From Prevotellaceae bacterium UBA1075 (GTDB taxonomy: Bacteria; Bacteroidota; Bacteroidia; Bacteroidales; Bacteroidaceae), in the NCBI GenBank assembly GCA_002316015.1, contig DCCS01000032.1, forward strand, positions 208,234-272,233: a stretch of 64,000 bases of DNA. Reading direction: 5' to 3'. The translations under genes and the position numbers were made by a program. The notes beneath the pieces were generated by a model. That model saw only the letters and a program-made list of their open reading frames with translations. It was not told the origin of the DNA and made no database searches. Of this stretch, positions 27,505 through 36,809 are shown piece after piece (position 1 is the first letter of the stretch; every line of letters begins with the position of its first letter).

Positions 27505-29193
27505 ATGAACAGACTCAGTTTTGCGCCGCGCATCGTAAGCGAGTTGCGGCATTACAACCGGGAGAAACTCACGGCCGACCTCATGGCGGGCCTCATTGTG
27601 GGCATCGTGGCCCTTCCGCTTGCCATCGCCTTCGGCATCGCCTCGGGCGTGTCGCCCTCCCAGGGCATCCTCACAGCCATCATCGGAGGTTTCCTCGTGA
27701 GTGCCCTGGGCGGAAGCAAGGTGCAGATAGGCGGCCCCACAGGCGCTTTTGTCGTGATTATATACGGTATAGTCAACGACCCGCGACTTGGGCTCCCGGG
27801 ACTGATGGTGGCCACCATGCTCGCGGGCGTGTTCCTCATCCTGCTGGGCGCATGCCGCCTGGGCACCGTCATCAAGTTTATCCCCTACCCCATAGTGGTG
27901 GGATTCACCAGCGGAATAGCGGTCACCATCTTCACCACACAGATTAAAGACCTGCTGGGGCTGGACATCGACGGCAAACTGCCAGGCGACTTCCTGGGCA
28001 AGTGGATGCTGTACCTGCGGCATATCCACACCGTCGACTGGGCCACGGCGTGCGTGGGCCTGCTGAGTGTCCTCGTCATAGCAGTCACGCCCAAGGTGTC
28101 CAAGAAGGTGCCCGGATCACTTGTGGCCATATTGGTGATGACCGTCGGCGTGTATTTCCTCAACTCCTCAGGCGCCACGCACGTGAGCACCATTGGCGAC
28201 CAGTTCGGCGAGATAAAGGCCAGCATCCCGCGCCTCGCCGTACCCGACATCACCTGGGAGGGAATCAGGGGGCTGCTCCCCACGGCAATGGTGATAGCCG
28301 TGCTGGGGGCCATCGAGTCGCTGCTGTCGGCCACTGTGGCCGACGGCGTGTGCGGTGACCGACACAACTCCAACCAGGAACTCATGGGACAGGGCGTGGC
28401 CAACCTGTGCACCCCGCTTCTCGGAGGCATACCTTGCACGGGTGCCATCGCGCGCACCATGACCAACATCAACAACGGCGGGCGCACGCCCATGGCGGGC
28501 ATCTTCCATGCCATAGTGCTGCTGGTCATCTTCCTGGCCCTCATGCCCCTGGCCGCCTACATCCCCCTGGCCTGCCTGGCTGGCGTGCTGGTGATGGTGA
28601 GTTACGGCATGAGCGGCTGGCGCACCTTTGTGCAGATGACGCGCAACCCCAAGAGTGACGTGACCGTGCTGATGGTGACCTTCCTGCTTACGGTCATCTT
28701 TGACCTCACGGTGGCCATCGAGGTGGGACTGCTCATCGCCTGCCTGCTTTTCATGCGCCGCATGGCCGAGACCACACAGGTGAAGGTGATAGCCGGCGAG
28801 ATAGACCCCAACGAGGAGACCGACGCCGAGGTGCACGAGGAGCGCCTGGCCATCCCCCATGGAGTGGAGGTGTACGAAATCAACGGCCCCTACTTCTTCG
28901 GTGTCGCCAATAAGTTTGACGACCTCATGGCCACTATGGAGCAGCGGCCCAAGGTGCGTGTCATACGCATGCGCCGTGTGCCCTTCATCGACTCCACCGG
29001 AATGCACAACCTGCAGAACCTGTGCCAGATGAGCCACCGCGAGGGCATCCACATCGTATTGTCGGGAGTGCAGCCCAACGTGTTCAGTGTGCTGGAGAAA
29101 AACGGGTTTTGCCACATGCTCGGAAAGGAACACATCTGTCCCAACATCAACGTTGCGCTGGAGAAGGCCGGGGAGATAGCCAGCCGCGCATAG
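27505..29193 (+). CDS. SulP-family sulfate/anion permease with C-terminal STAS domain
   Basis: The track start 27502 is a TTG, so the adjacent ATG at 27505 was used. Motifs are an N-terminal DLMAGLIVGIVALPLAIAFGIASG, a polytopic membrane core, and a C-terminal STAS region (VYEINGPYFFGVANKF...VRVIRMRRVPFIDSTG). Confidence 0.9.
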   Translation: MNRLSFAPRIVSELRHYNREKLTADLMAGLIVGIVALPLAIAFGIASGVSPSQGILTAIIGGFLVSALGGSKVQIGGPTGAFVVIIYGIVNDPRLGLPGLMVATMLAGVFLILLGACRLGTVIKFIPYPIVVGFTSGIAVTIFTTQIKDLLGLDIDGKLPGDFLGKWMLYLRHIHTVDWATACVGLLSVLVIAVTPKVSKKVPGSLVAILVMTVGVYFLNSSGATHVSTIGDQFGEIKASIPRLAVPDITWEGIRGLLPTAMVIAVLGAIESLLSATVADGVCGDRHNSNQELMGQGVANLCTPLLGGIPCTGAIARTMTNINNGGRTPMAGIFHAIVLLVIFLALMPLAAYIPLACLAGVLVMVSYGMSGWRTFVQMTRNPKSDVTVLMVTFLLTVIFDLTVAIEVGLLIACLLFMRRMAETTQVKVIAGEIDPNEETDAEVHEERLAIPHGVEVYEINGPYFFGVANKFDDLMATMEQRPKVRVIRMRRVPFIDSTGMHNLQNLCQMSHREGIHIVLSGVQPNVFSVLEKNGFCHMLGKEHICPNINVALEKAGEIASRA

Positions 29194-29328
29194 GCCAGCC
29201 GCACAGCGGGGCCCGAGGCTGCGCGGACGGGGACAACCCCGGCCCCAAACAGAGGCTTCGCGGAGCCAAATCCGGCGCGAAAAGCAAATTAGAGACAGGG
29301 CTCCCCTTGCCAATAGCGGAATAAAGTG

Positions 29329-29336
29329 TACCTTTG
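29329..29336 (+). promoter_or_regulatory. -7 box TACCTTTG upstream of the small ORF / acyltransferase / golvesin-like gene string
   Basis: Exact TAnnTTTG match 47 nt upstream of the ATG at 29384. Confidence 0.5.
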
Positions 29337-29383
29337 TGAAAAGCGTGCGCGCCACGGCGCGAAAGCACCAAAAGACTCTGACA

Positions 29384-29647
29384 ATGAAACGCAGAACACA
29401 GAAAAGGTTGACCAGGAACCTGTGCGGGGAACTCTTCGCGGAGTGTGTGGTAGCATCGCATTTCCACAAGGACAAGCAGGAACAGACCGACCAGATAATG
29501 GTGAAGATACTGAACACACAGGACAGCCTGCTCGCGCGGCTCTCGCATGTGGAGCCTGGAAGCGTGAGGAAATTCTTCAGGAAATACCGTGATGATATAG
29601 ACACCCTGCGCCAGGAGACCAAGAGGATGATAGGCGGTTTGGGCTGA
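29384..29647 (+). CDS. Hypothetical small basic protein (87 aa)
   Basis: Sequence begins MKRRTQKRLTRNLCGELFAECVVASHFHKDKQEQTDQIMVKILN... The codon usage looks coding and the ORF is positioned just after a -7 box. No domain was recognised. Confidence 0.5.
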   Translation: MKRRTQKRLTRNLCGELFAECVVASHFHKDKQEQTDQIMVKILNTQDSLLARLSHVEPGSVRKFFRKYRDDIDTLRQETKRMIGGLG

Positions 29648-29802
29648 GACCCGCCCCGCCGCGCATCCCCCGGATGCCCGCAGGCGGCCCGCGCCTGTTC
29701 TCTGCCACATCCGCCCTGCGCCTGCATGTGACAGGAGCACAAGAGACGGGCGGGAAAGACACTCCGGACGGAACAGGAAGGAAAAGCGTAAACCCATCAC
29801 CA

Positions 29803-30348
29803 ATGAACCAGAGATTCTACCGGCGGATACTGTACGGATGGCTGGGCTTCTCGGAGGTGGTCACAGAGCCACGCCCCAAGAAGTACATCATCGTGATGGC
29901 CCCGCACACAAGCAACTGGGACTTCATCATCGGGAACCTGTATTCGCGCGCCGAGGGTTTCCGCTGCAATTTCCTCATCAAGAGGGAGTGGTTCTTCTGG
30001 CCCATGGGCAAGCTGATGCGCAGGATGGGGGGCATACCCGTGTACCGCGACAAGCAGATGGGAACCACCGACCGGCTGGCACTGCTGGCCAGGAAGTCCA
30101 GGACATTCCACCTGTGCATCACACCCGAAGGGACACGCAAGCCCAACAGCGAGTGGAAGCTTGGCTTCTATTACATCGCGCTCAAGGCGGGACTGCCCAT
30201 ACTGCTGTACGGGCTGGACTACAGGGAGAGAAAGATAGAGTGTACCAAGACCATCATACCCAACGGTGACGTGGAGGGGCAGATGGCCGAGATAAAGGGC
30301 TACTTCGCGCGCTTCGTGGCAAGGAAGCCCGAAAATTTCGCAATATAA
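29803..30348 (+). CDS. PlsC-family acyltransferase (1-acyl-sn-glycerol-3-phosphate acyltransferase-like)
   Basis: The start was trimmed to MNQRFYRRILYGW. It has an HX4D-type motif (MAPHTSNWDF) and a PEGTR motif (ITPEGTRKPN). Confidence 0.8.
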   Translation: MNQRFYRRILYGWLGFSEVVTEPRPKKYIIVMAPHTSNWDFIIGNLYSRAEGFRCNFLIKREWFFWPMGKLMRRMGGIPVYRDKQMGTTDRLALLARKSRTFHLCITPEGTRKPNSEWKLGFYYIALKAGLPILLYGLDYRERKIECTKTIIPNGDVEGQMAEIKGYFARFVARKPENFAI

Positions 30349-30350
30349 CT

Positions 30351-33281
30351 ATGAACAGGAACATAAAGGCCACACTGGCGCTGGTCACCATGTGCGTCAT
30401 GGGGGCCGTACGGGGCTGGGCACAGTCCGACACAAGGACACTGCGCACAGCACTGGCCGACTACATTGAGAATTACAACCGCAATGCCACCTGCTACACA
30501 AGTTACGACCCCGTGACCGTCGAGGACATCAGCGTGAGCCAGGAGGAGCGCAAGGTACACATATACCTGGGCGAAGGATTCGTGGGACAGCCCTTCACCC
30601 CCGAGTCGGTGAGGGACATCAACGCCAACATACAGCGGCGCCTGCCCAAGCCACTGCAGGACTACAAGGTGGTGGTGTATGCCGGCGGCACACCCATCGA
30701 GTCGCTTGTCCCCGTGAATCTGACCGACGGAAAGGACACCTCGAGGGTGTATGGCAAGCGGGACTACAAGGGCCGCCCCTGGGTGCATAGGGAGAAGAAG
30801 CCCTACTCCGTCACACACGGGCTACAGGGCAGGCACCTGTGCCTGTGGGCCAGCCACGGAAAGTACTACAGCAACAGCACGCAGAAGTGGGTGTGGCAGC
30901 GCCCAAGGCTGTTCTGCACCACCGAGGACCTCTTCACACAGACCATTGTGGTGCCCTATCTGATACCCATGCTCGAGGGCTCCGGGGCGTGCGTGTTCAC
31001 ACCGCGTGAGCGCGACTGGCAGAAGAACGAGGTGATTGTGGACAACGACACGCCCGACTCCAACGGCCTGTACCAGGAGGTGAACGGCAAGCAGGAATGG
31101 AGCGACGGGGGCACGGGTTTTGCCTATCTGCGCGCCTACTACCAGGATGGTGACAACCCCTTTGCCGACGGCACTTTCCGTATGGCCGAGAGTGTGGGCG
31201 GGAAAAGGGCGGCCAGCATGGTGGTGTGGCGGCCAGTCATTCCCGCCGAGGGCGACTATGCGGTGTACGTGTCCTACCGCACCTGTCCGGGCAGTGTGGA
31301 CGATGCCCATTACGTGGTGCGGCACCAGGGAATTGACACCCCGTTTACCGTCAACCAGCGGATGGGTGGAGGCACCTGGGTGTATCTGGGCACCTTCCAC
31401 TTCGGGGCGGGTGACCTGGAGAACAACTGCGTGCTGCTCACCAACCAGAGCGGCTCAAGGGGGGTGGTGACGGCCGATGCGGTGCGCTTCGGGGGAGGCA
31501 TGAGCAACATCGTGCGCTCGGACAGCACCATGTCCTACGCGCTGGCCAGCGGACTCCCCCGCTTTCTGGAAGCCGCGCGATACTCGGCGCTGTGGTACGG
31601 ATTCCCGATGGACACCTACAGCGTGAAGGACAACGATGACTATGGAGACGACATCAACACGCGCCCCAGGACAGAGAACTACCTGGGCCGAGGAAGCGTG
31701 TATCTGCCGGGAGACAGCGGGCTGTGTGTCCCGATTGAACTGAGCATGGCTCTACACAGCGACGCAGGTTTCCGAAGGGACAGCTCGATAGTGGGATCGC
31801 TCGGCATCTACACGGCCGACTTCTATGGGGGCATCACTGGAGCGGGGCTCTCGCGCCTCACCAGCAGAGACCTGGCCGACATCGTGATGACGCAGGTGTA
31901 TGGCGACCTGAAGCAATCCTTTGGCCAGTGGACGCGCAGACAGATGTACAACCGCAACTACGGCGAGACGCGTGAGCCGCAATACCCTGCCATCATCCTG
32001 GAGATGCTGAGCCACCAGAACTGGGCCGACATGCGCATGGCGCACGACCCATATTTCAAGTTTGTCATGGCACGCGCCATCTACAAGGGCATCCTGCGCT
32101 ATCTGGCGGCAGTACACAAGCGGACGGCGGTGGTGCAGCCACTCCCCGTGGGCGGTGTGAGCAGTGTGCTCGACACGCGCAGGAAGAAGGTGAGACTTTC
32201 ATGGAAGCCCACCGTGGACGCGCTTGAGGGGACTGCGCGCCCCACCAAGTATGTCATCTACACAAGTCGCGCGGGAGCCGGCTTCGACAACGGGACGGCG
32301 GTGGACGCCCGCTCCACGGCCGTCGACATCGACCTGGATCCCGGGGTGATGTACCGGTTCCGCGTGACAGCGGTGAACAGCGGAGGCGAGAGCATGCCCT
32401 CGGAGGAGGTGTGTTGCCACATGGCTGCGGAGGACGCGCCGCACATACTGGTCGTGGACGGTTTCCAGAGAGTGGCCGGCCCGATGGCCTTCAACTCCGA
32501 GAAGACTTCAGGGTTCGACATGAACCAGGACCCTGGAGTGGCCGACGTGCGCACTCCCGGCTATTGCGGATACCAACTATACTTCGGCAAAGACGGATTG
32601 GGCAAGGAAAACAGCACGGGGCACGGATACAGCGGAAGCGAACTGGAGGGCATGCTGCTGGCCGGGAACACGCACGACTGGTCAAGCGTCCATGCGGCCG
32701 AGATCCTGCGTGGAGGGCAGTACAATATCAGCAGCTGTGTGTCATCGGCATGCCAGGATATAGACGCGAGCCTGTTCGCGATGGCCGACTTTGTCCTTGG
32801 CGCGCAGAAGGCCGACGGCTATTCCATGCGCTCCTACAAGGCTTTCACCCCCGGGGTGCGCAGCCTCATGGAGCAACTCACACGCAAGGGAAAGGGCGTG
32901 CTGGTGAGCGGGGCGTACATCGGAACGGACATGGCCGCGCCGGACGAGCGGCAGTTCCTGGCCCGGACACTGAAATGGACACCCGGGGCTGCGGTCTTCG
33001 CGGACAACTGCATGACAGTGCAGGGAATGAACACGCAGGCCAACATATACACAGAGCCGAACGAGACACGTTACTGGGTGCGCCACATGGACGCGCTGCA
33101 GCCCACAGCACAGGCTTTCCCCACCATGCTCTATGGAGAAAGCCAGCAGGCATCGGCCGTGGCTTACCAGGGCAGTGACTACAAGGCCATCTCATTCGGG
33201 TTCCCGCTGGAGTGCGTCACCTCGGCCGAGGCGCGCGCGGCCATCTTCGCGGCCTCAGTACAGTTCCTGCTGGGGAAATGA
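30351..33281 (+). CDS. Large secreted multidomain protein: golvesin-C-like domain, amidase-like core and FN3 domain (relatives are often annotated 'xanthan lyase')
   Basis: 976 aa with a signal peptide. The golvesin-like segment is YAVYVSYRTCPGSVDDAHYVVRHQGIDTPFTVNQRMGGGTWVYLGTFHF...VVTADAVRFGG. The FN3-like segment is KVRLSWKPT...YVIYTS...YRFRVTAVNSGGES. The functional call is uncertain. Confidence 0.6.
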   Translation: MNRNIKATLALVTMCVMGAVRGWAQSDTRTLRTALADYIENYNRNATCYTSYDPVTVEDISVSQEERKVHIYLGEGFVGQPFTPESVRDINANIQRRLPKPLQDYKVVVYAGGTPIESLVPVNLTDGKDTSRVYGKRDYKGRPWVHREKKPYSVTHGLQGRHLCLWASHGKYYSNSTQKWVWQRPRLFCTTEDLFTQTIVVPYLIPMLEGSGACVFTPRERDWQKNEVIVDNDTPDSNGLYQEVNGKQEWSDGGTGFAYLRAYYQDGDNPFADGTFRMAESVGGKRAASMVVWRPVIPAEGDYAVYVSYRTCPGSVDDAHYVVRHQGIDTPFTVNQRMGGGTWVYLGTFHFGAGDLENNCVLLTNQSGSRGVVTADAVRFGGGMSNIVRSDSTMSYALASGLPRFLEAARYSALWYGFPMDTYSVKDNDDYGDDINTRPRTENYLGRGSVYLPGDSGLCVPIELSMALHSDAGFRRDSSIVGSLGIYTADFYGGITGAGLSRLTSRDLADIVMTQVYGDLKQSFGQWTRRQMYNRNYGETREPQYPAIILEMLSHQNWADMRMAHDPYFKFVMARAIYKGILRYLAAVHKRTAVVQPLPVGGVSSVLDTRRKKVRLSWKPTVDALEGTARPTKYVIYTSRAGAGFDNGTAVDARSTAVDIDLDPGVMYRFRVTAVNSGGESMPSEEVCCHMAAEDAPHILVVDGFQRVAGPMAFNSEKTSGFDMNQDPGVADVRTPGYCGYQLYFGKDGLGKENSTGHGYSGSELEGMLLAGNTHDWSSVHAAEILRGGQYNISSCVSSACQDIDASLFAMADFVLGAQKADGYSMRSYKAFTPGVRSLMEQLTRKGKGVLVSGAYIGTDMAAPDERQFLARTLKWTPGAAVFADNCMTVQGMNTQANIYTEPNETRYWVRHMDALQPTAQAFPTMLYGESQQASAVAYQGSDYKAISFGFPLECVTSAEARAAIFAASVQFLLGK

Positions 33282-33314
33282 GCGAGCGAGACGTAACCAA
33301 ACAACACTACAGAT

Positions 33315-33629
33315 ATGTACCAGATAGTATGCAACGAGAAGGGTTCCAGGACGCTTGCGGTAATGGAGGAGCACCTGGAGACAATAAAGAGGCACAACCT
33401 CTTCAGTGACTTGCTGGACAGCAACGGCATCGTAAACGAGAACGTGTTGGAGAAACTGCGCCTCAACGTGCGGTCTTTGCTCAACACCGACCATCCCGAT
33501 GCCGGCCTGCTGAAACTGTGCCGGGATATCCTGTTCCACGACAACATGAAGGCCCGCGGACTGCACCAGCTCATCCTGCTCTACCTGGACTGGGAGAAGG
33601 ATAAACAGGAAGGGGAGACCAAGAGTTGA
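33315..33629 (+). CDS. Hypothetical protein (104 aa)
   Basis: Sequence is MYQIVCNEKGSRTLAVMEEHLETIKRHNLF...LYLDWEKDKQEGETKS. Its stop (33627-33629) lies 2 nt before the YgiQ ATG. No domain was recognised. Confidence 0.55.
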   Translation: MYQIVCNEKGSRTLAVMEEHLETIKRHNLFSDLLDSNGIVNENVLEKLRLNVRSLLNTDHPDAGLLKLCRDILFHDNMKARGLHQLILLYLDWEKDKQEGETKS

Positions 33630-33631
33630 GC

Positions 33632-35530
33632 ATGGCCGCGCACCAACTGACCGACTGGCTACCCACCACGCGCCGCGAGATGGACTTACGCGGGTGGGAA
33701 TGCGCTGACGTGATCCTGTTCAGCGCGGATGCCTATGTGGACCACCCATCCTTTGGGGCGTCCGTGATAGGGCGTGTCATGGAAGCCGAAGGTCTGCGCG
33801 TGGCCATCGTGCCGCAACCGGACTGGCATGGGGACTTCCGCGACTTCCGGCGGCTGGGGCGGCCACGTCTCTTCTTTGGTGTCGCACCGGGATGCATGGA
33901 CTCGATGGTGAACAAATACACTGCGGCCCGACGGCTCCGCAGCGAGGATGCCTACAGTCCCGACGGGCGCCACGACATGAGGCCAGAGTACCCCACCATC
34001 GTATATACCCGCATCCTGCGCCAGCTATACCCCGATGTGCCGGTGGTGCTGGGCGGCATAGAGGCCAGCCTGAGGCGCGTGATGCACTATGACTACTGGC
34101 AGGAACGGTTCAGGCCAAGCATCCTTGTGGACAGCCATGCCGACATGATCGCCTACGGCATGGGCGAGAAGCCGACCTGCGAACTGTGCCGACTGCTCAC
34201 CCGCGCGCTGGATGAGAGCCACCCCGACCTGTATTACGATGCCAACGGAAACTCCTTCATCACCCGCGCCACCTTCCGACAGGTGGCCCAAGAGCGGAAC
34301 GAGGTGCGCCAGACAGTGTCGCTCTATCGCAAAGAGGACATTCCAGGAGGCATCCGGAAGCAGGATATCGTACTGCACAGTTATGAGGAGTGCCTGCGTG
34401 AGCCGCGCCTTCATGCCGACAACTTCCGCCATGTGGAGGAGGAGAGCAACAAGCTGCAAGCACAGAGGCTCCTGCAACAGACGGGCGGAGAATGGGTGGT
34501 GGTGAACCCGCCCTTCCCGCCACTCACACAGAGGGAACTTGACCACAGTTTCGACCTGCCCTACACGCGCCTGCCACATCCCAAGTACAAGGGCAAGCGC
34601 ATACCTGCCTATGAGATGATACGCTTCAGCGTGTGCCTGCACCGTGGCTGCTTCGGCGGTTGTGCCTTCTGCACCATCAGCGCACACCAGGGGAAGTTCA
34701 TCGTGAGCCGCTCCAAGGAGAGCATTCTGAGGGAGGTGGAAGCCATCACACGCATGCCTGGCTTCAAGGGATATCTGAGCGACCTGGGAGGACCCAGTGC
34801 CAACATGTACATGATGCGCGGGCGTAACCCAAAGGCGTGCGGGGCGTGCAAGCGGCCTTCGTGCATACACCCGCAGATATGCCCCAACCTCAATGGTGAC
34901 CACCGCCCGCTGCTGGATGTGTATCGGGGCGTTGACCGCATGCCGGGCATCAAGAAGAGTTTCATCGGGAGTGGCGTGCGCTATGACATGCTGCTGCATG
35001 ACTGGGGCGACGAGACGCTGAACCGCTCGGCCCGCGAGTACACGCGTGAACTGATTCTCCGTCATGTGAGCGGCAGGCTGAAGGTGGCTCCCGAGCATAC
35101 TTCGGAAAGGGTGCTCGGGCTGATGCGAAAGCCTTCATTCGCCCAGTTCCGGCAGTTCAAGCGAATCTTCGATGACGTGTGCCGCAGCCAGCACTTGCGC
35201 CAGCAGATAGTCCCCTACTTCATCAGCGGCCATCCGGGATGCCATGCCGAGGACATGGCCGAACTGGCCATCGAGACCAAGCAACTGGACTTCCGGCTCG
35301 AACAGGTACAGGACTTCACCCCCACACCGCTCACCGTAGCCACCACCTGCTGGGCTACCGGCTACCACCCCTACACACTCGAACCGGTGTTCTGCGCACG
35401 CTCACCCAAGGAGAAGGAGCAGCAGCGCATGTTCTTCTTCTGGTACAAAAAGGAGGAGAGACACCGCATCGAGACTTACCTGCGCGGCATCGGACGCCAG
35501 GACTTACTCAAGAGATTGTTTAACAAATAA
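33632..35530 (+). CDS. ygiQ: YgiQ-family radical SAM protein (UPF0313)
   Basis: The track start 33626 is a TTG, so the ATG at 33632 was used. N-terminus is DVILFSADAYVDHPSFGASVIGRVMEAEGLRVAIVPQPDW, and the radical SAM cluster is CFGGCAFC. Confidence 0.9.
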   Translation: MAAHQLTDWLPTTRREMDLRGWECADVILFSADAYVDHPSFGASVIGRVMEAEGLRVAIVPQPDWHGDFRDFRRLGRPRLFFGVAPGCMDSMVNKYTAARRLRSEDAYSPDGRHDMRPEYPTIVYTRILRQLYPDVPVVLGGIEASLRRVMHYDYWQERFRPSILVDSHADMIAYGMGEKPTCELCRLLTRALDESHPDLYYDANGNSFITRATFRQVAQERNEVRQTVSLYRKEDIPGGIRKQDIVLHSYEECLREPRLHADNFRHVEEESNKLQAQRLLQQTGGEWVVVNPPFPPLTQRELDHSFDLPYTRLPHPKYKGKRIPAYEMIRFSVCLHRGCFGGCAFCTISAHQGKFIVSRSKESILREVEAITRMPGFKGYLSDLGGPSANMYMMRGRNPKACGACKRPSCIHPQICPNLNGDHRPLLDVYRGVDRMPGIKKSFIGSGVRYDMLLHDWGDETLNRSAREYTRELILRHVSGRLKVAPEHTSERVLGLMRKPSFAQFRQFKRIFDDVCRSQHLRQQIVPYFISGHPGCHAEDMAELAIETKQLDFRLEQVQDFTPTPLTVATTCWATGYHPYTLEPVFCARSPKEKEQQRMFFFWYKKEERHRIETYLRGIGRQDLLKRLFNK

Positions 35531-35542
35531 CATAGAAAGATT

Positions 35543-36010
35543 ATGGCAAAAGAATGGTTTGAATGTAAAGTGAGATATGACAAGACCCTGGAGACAGGTC
35601 TGCTGAAGAAGGTGACCGAGTCGTATCTGGTGGACGCTCTCAGTTTTACAGAGGCCGAGGAGCGCTTCCTGGAGGAACTGGAGCCCATGATGTCGGGCGA
35701 ATACAGCATCAGCGACATCAAGCGCGCCAAGATTGCCGAACTTTTCGAGAGCACCGACAGCGCCGACGACAAGTGGTACAAGGCCAAGGTTGCCTATATC
35801 GCCTACGACGAGAAGACGGGCGCGGAGAAGCGCACAAACCAGATTATGCTCATCCAGGCCAAGGACCTGCGTACAGCAGTCAAGAATCTGGACAAGGGGA
35901 TGCAGGGAACCCTGAGCGACTGGGACATCATCTCCATCACCGAGACACCCATCATGGACATCTTCAAATTCACGGCAGATGGAACAGACAGCGGCCCAGA
36001 AGGCAAATGA
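35543..36010 (+). CDS. DUF4494-like protein
   Basis: 155 aa. Sequence begins MAKEWFECKVRYDKTLETGLLKKVTESYLVDALSFTEAEERF... The family name is recalled from memory. Its last 32 nt overlap the yggS start. Confidence 0.65.
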   Translation: MAKEWFECKVRYDKTLETGLLKKVTESYLVDALSFTEAEERFLEELEPMMSGEYSISDIKRAKIAELFESTDSADDKWYKAKVAYIAYDEKTGAEKRTNQIMLIQAKDLRTAVKNLDKGMQGTLSDWDIISITETPIMDIFKFTADGTDSGPEGK

Positions 36011-36656
36011 GGTGCTTCGCTCGCTGCCGCAGGGAGTGACGCTGGTGGCTGTGAGCAAGTACCATCCCGCCGAACTTATCCGGCAGGTGTATGACGAGAG
36101 CGGGTTGCGCATCTTCGCGGAGAGCCACGCGCAGGAACTGAAGCAGAAGCACGAAATCCTGCCCAAGGACATACAGTGGCACTTCATCGGCCATCTGCAA
36201 CGCAACAAGGTGAAGTCCATCACGCCTTACGTCTCGCTCATCCACTCCGTTGACTCCCCGCGCCTGCTGGCCGAGATAAACAAACAGGCTCTGGCGGCGG
36301 GCCGCAGGATGGACTGCCTGCTACAGCTGCATGTGGCTCAAGAGGAGACGAAGTTCGGCTTCGCCCCACAGGAATGCATCGAATACCTGGACACAGGGGA
36401 ATGGCGTCAGATGAGCGGTGTCAGGCTGCGCGGCATGATGTGTATGGCCAGCAACGTGACAGACGAGCAACAGATAGCCCGCGAGTTTGACACAGCCTGG
36501 GAAACATTCAGGCAGGCCAGCGAAGCTTATTTTGACGGATGCGGCTACTTCGACACCCGCTCCTGGGGCATGAGCCACGACTACACCATCGCCCTGCGCC
36601 ACGGAAGCAACATGGTGCGTGTGGGGACAGCCATTTTCGGCCCCAGGCAATACTGA
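35979..36656 (+). CDS. yggS: YggS-family pyridoxal-phosphate homeostasis protein
   Basis: 225 aa. Motifs are VTLVAVSKYHP (PLP lysine), WHFIGHLQRNK, GMSHDY and VRVGTAIFG. Confidence 0.9.
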   Translation: MEQTAAQKANEVLRSLPQGVTLVAVSKYHPAELIRQVYDESGLRIFAESHAQELKQKHEILPKDIQWHFIGHLQRNKVKSITPYVSLIHSVDSPRLLAEINKQALAAGRRMDCLLQLHVAQEETKFGFAPQECIEYLDTGEWRQMSGVRLRGMMCMASNVTDEQQIAREFDTAWETFRQASEAYFDGCGYFDTRSWGMSHDYTIALRHGSNMVRVGTAIFGPRQY

Positions 36657-36778
36657 CACAGGATAGCCTCCGCAAGCAATGGGAGGCACATTTTCCATAA
36701 AGGCATGAAAATTGCACAATAGAGGAACAAAGGTGCAACTTTCATGCCCTTTTTCTTGCAGAATTGTTAATTTGCCTT

Positions 36779-36786
36779 TAACTTTG
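36779..36786 (+). promoter_or_regulatory. -7 box TAACTTTG upstream of the acyl-CoA ligase gene
   Basis: Exact TAnnTTTG match 23 nt upstream of the ATG at 36810. Confidence 0.5.
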
Positions 36787-36809
36787 CACAAAAAATAAAT
36801 CATTGTGCA

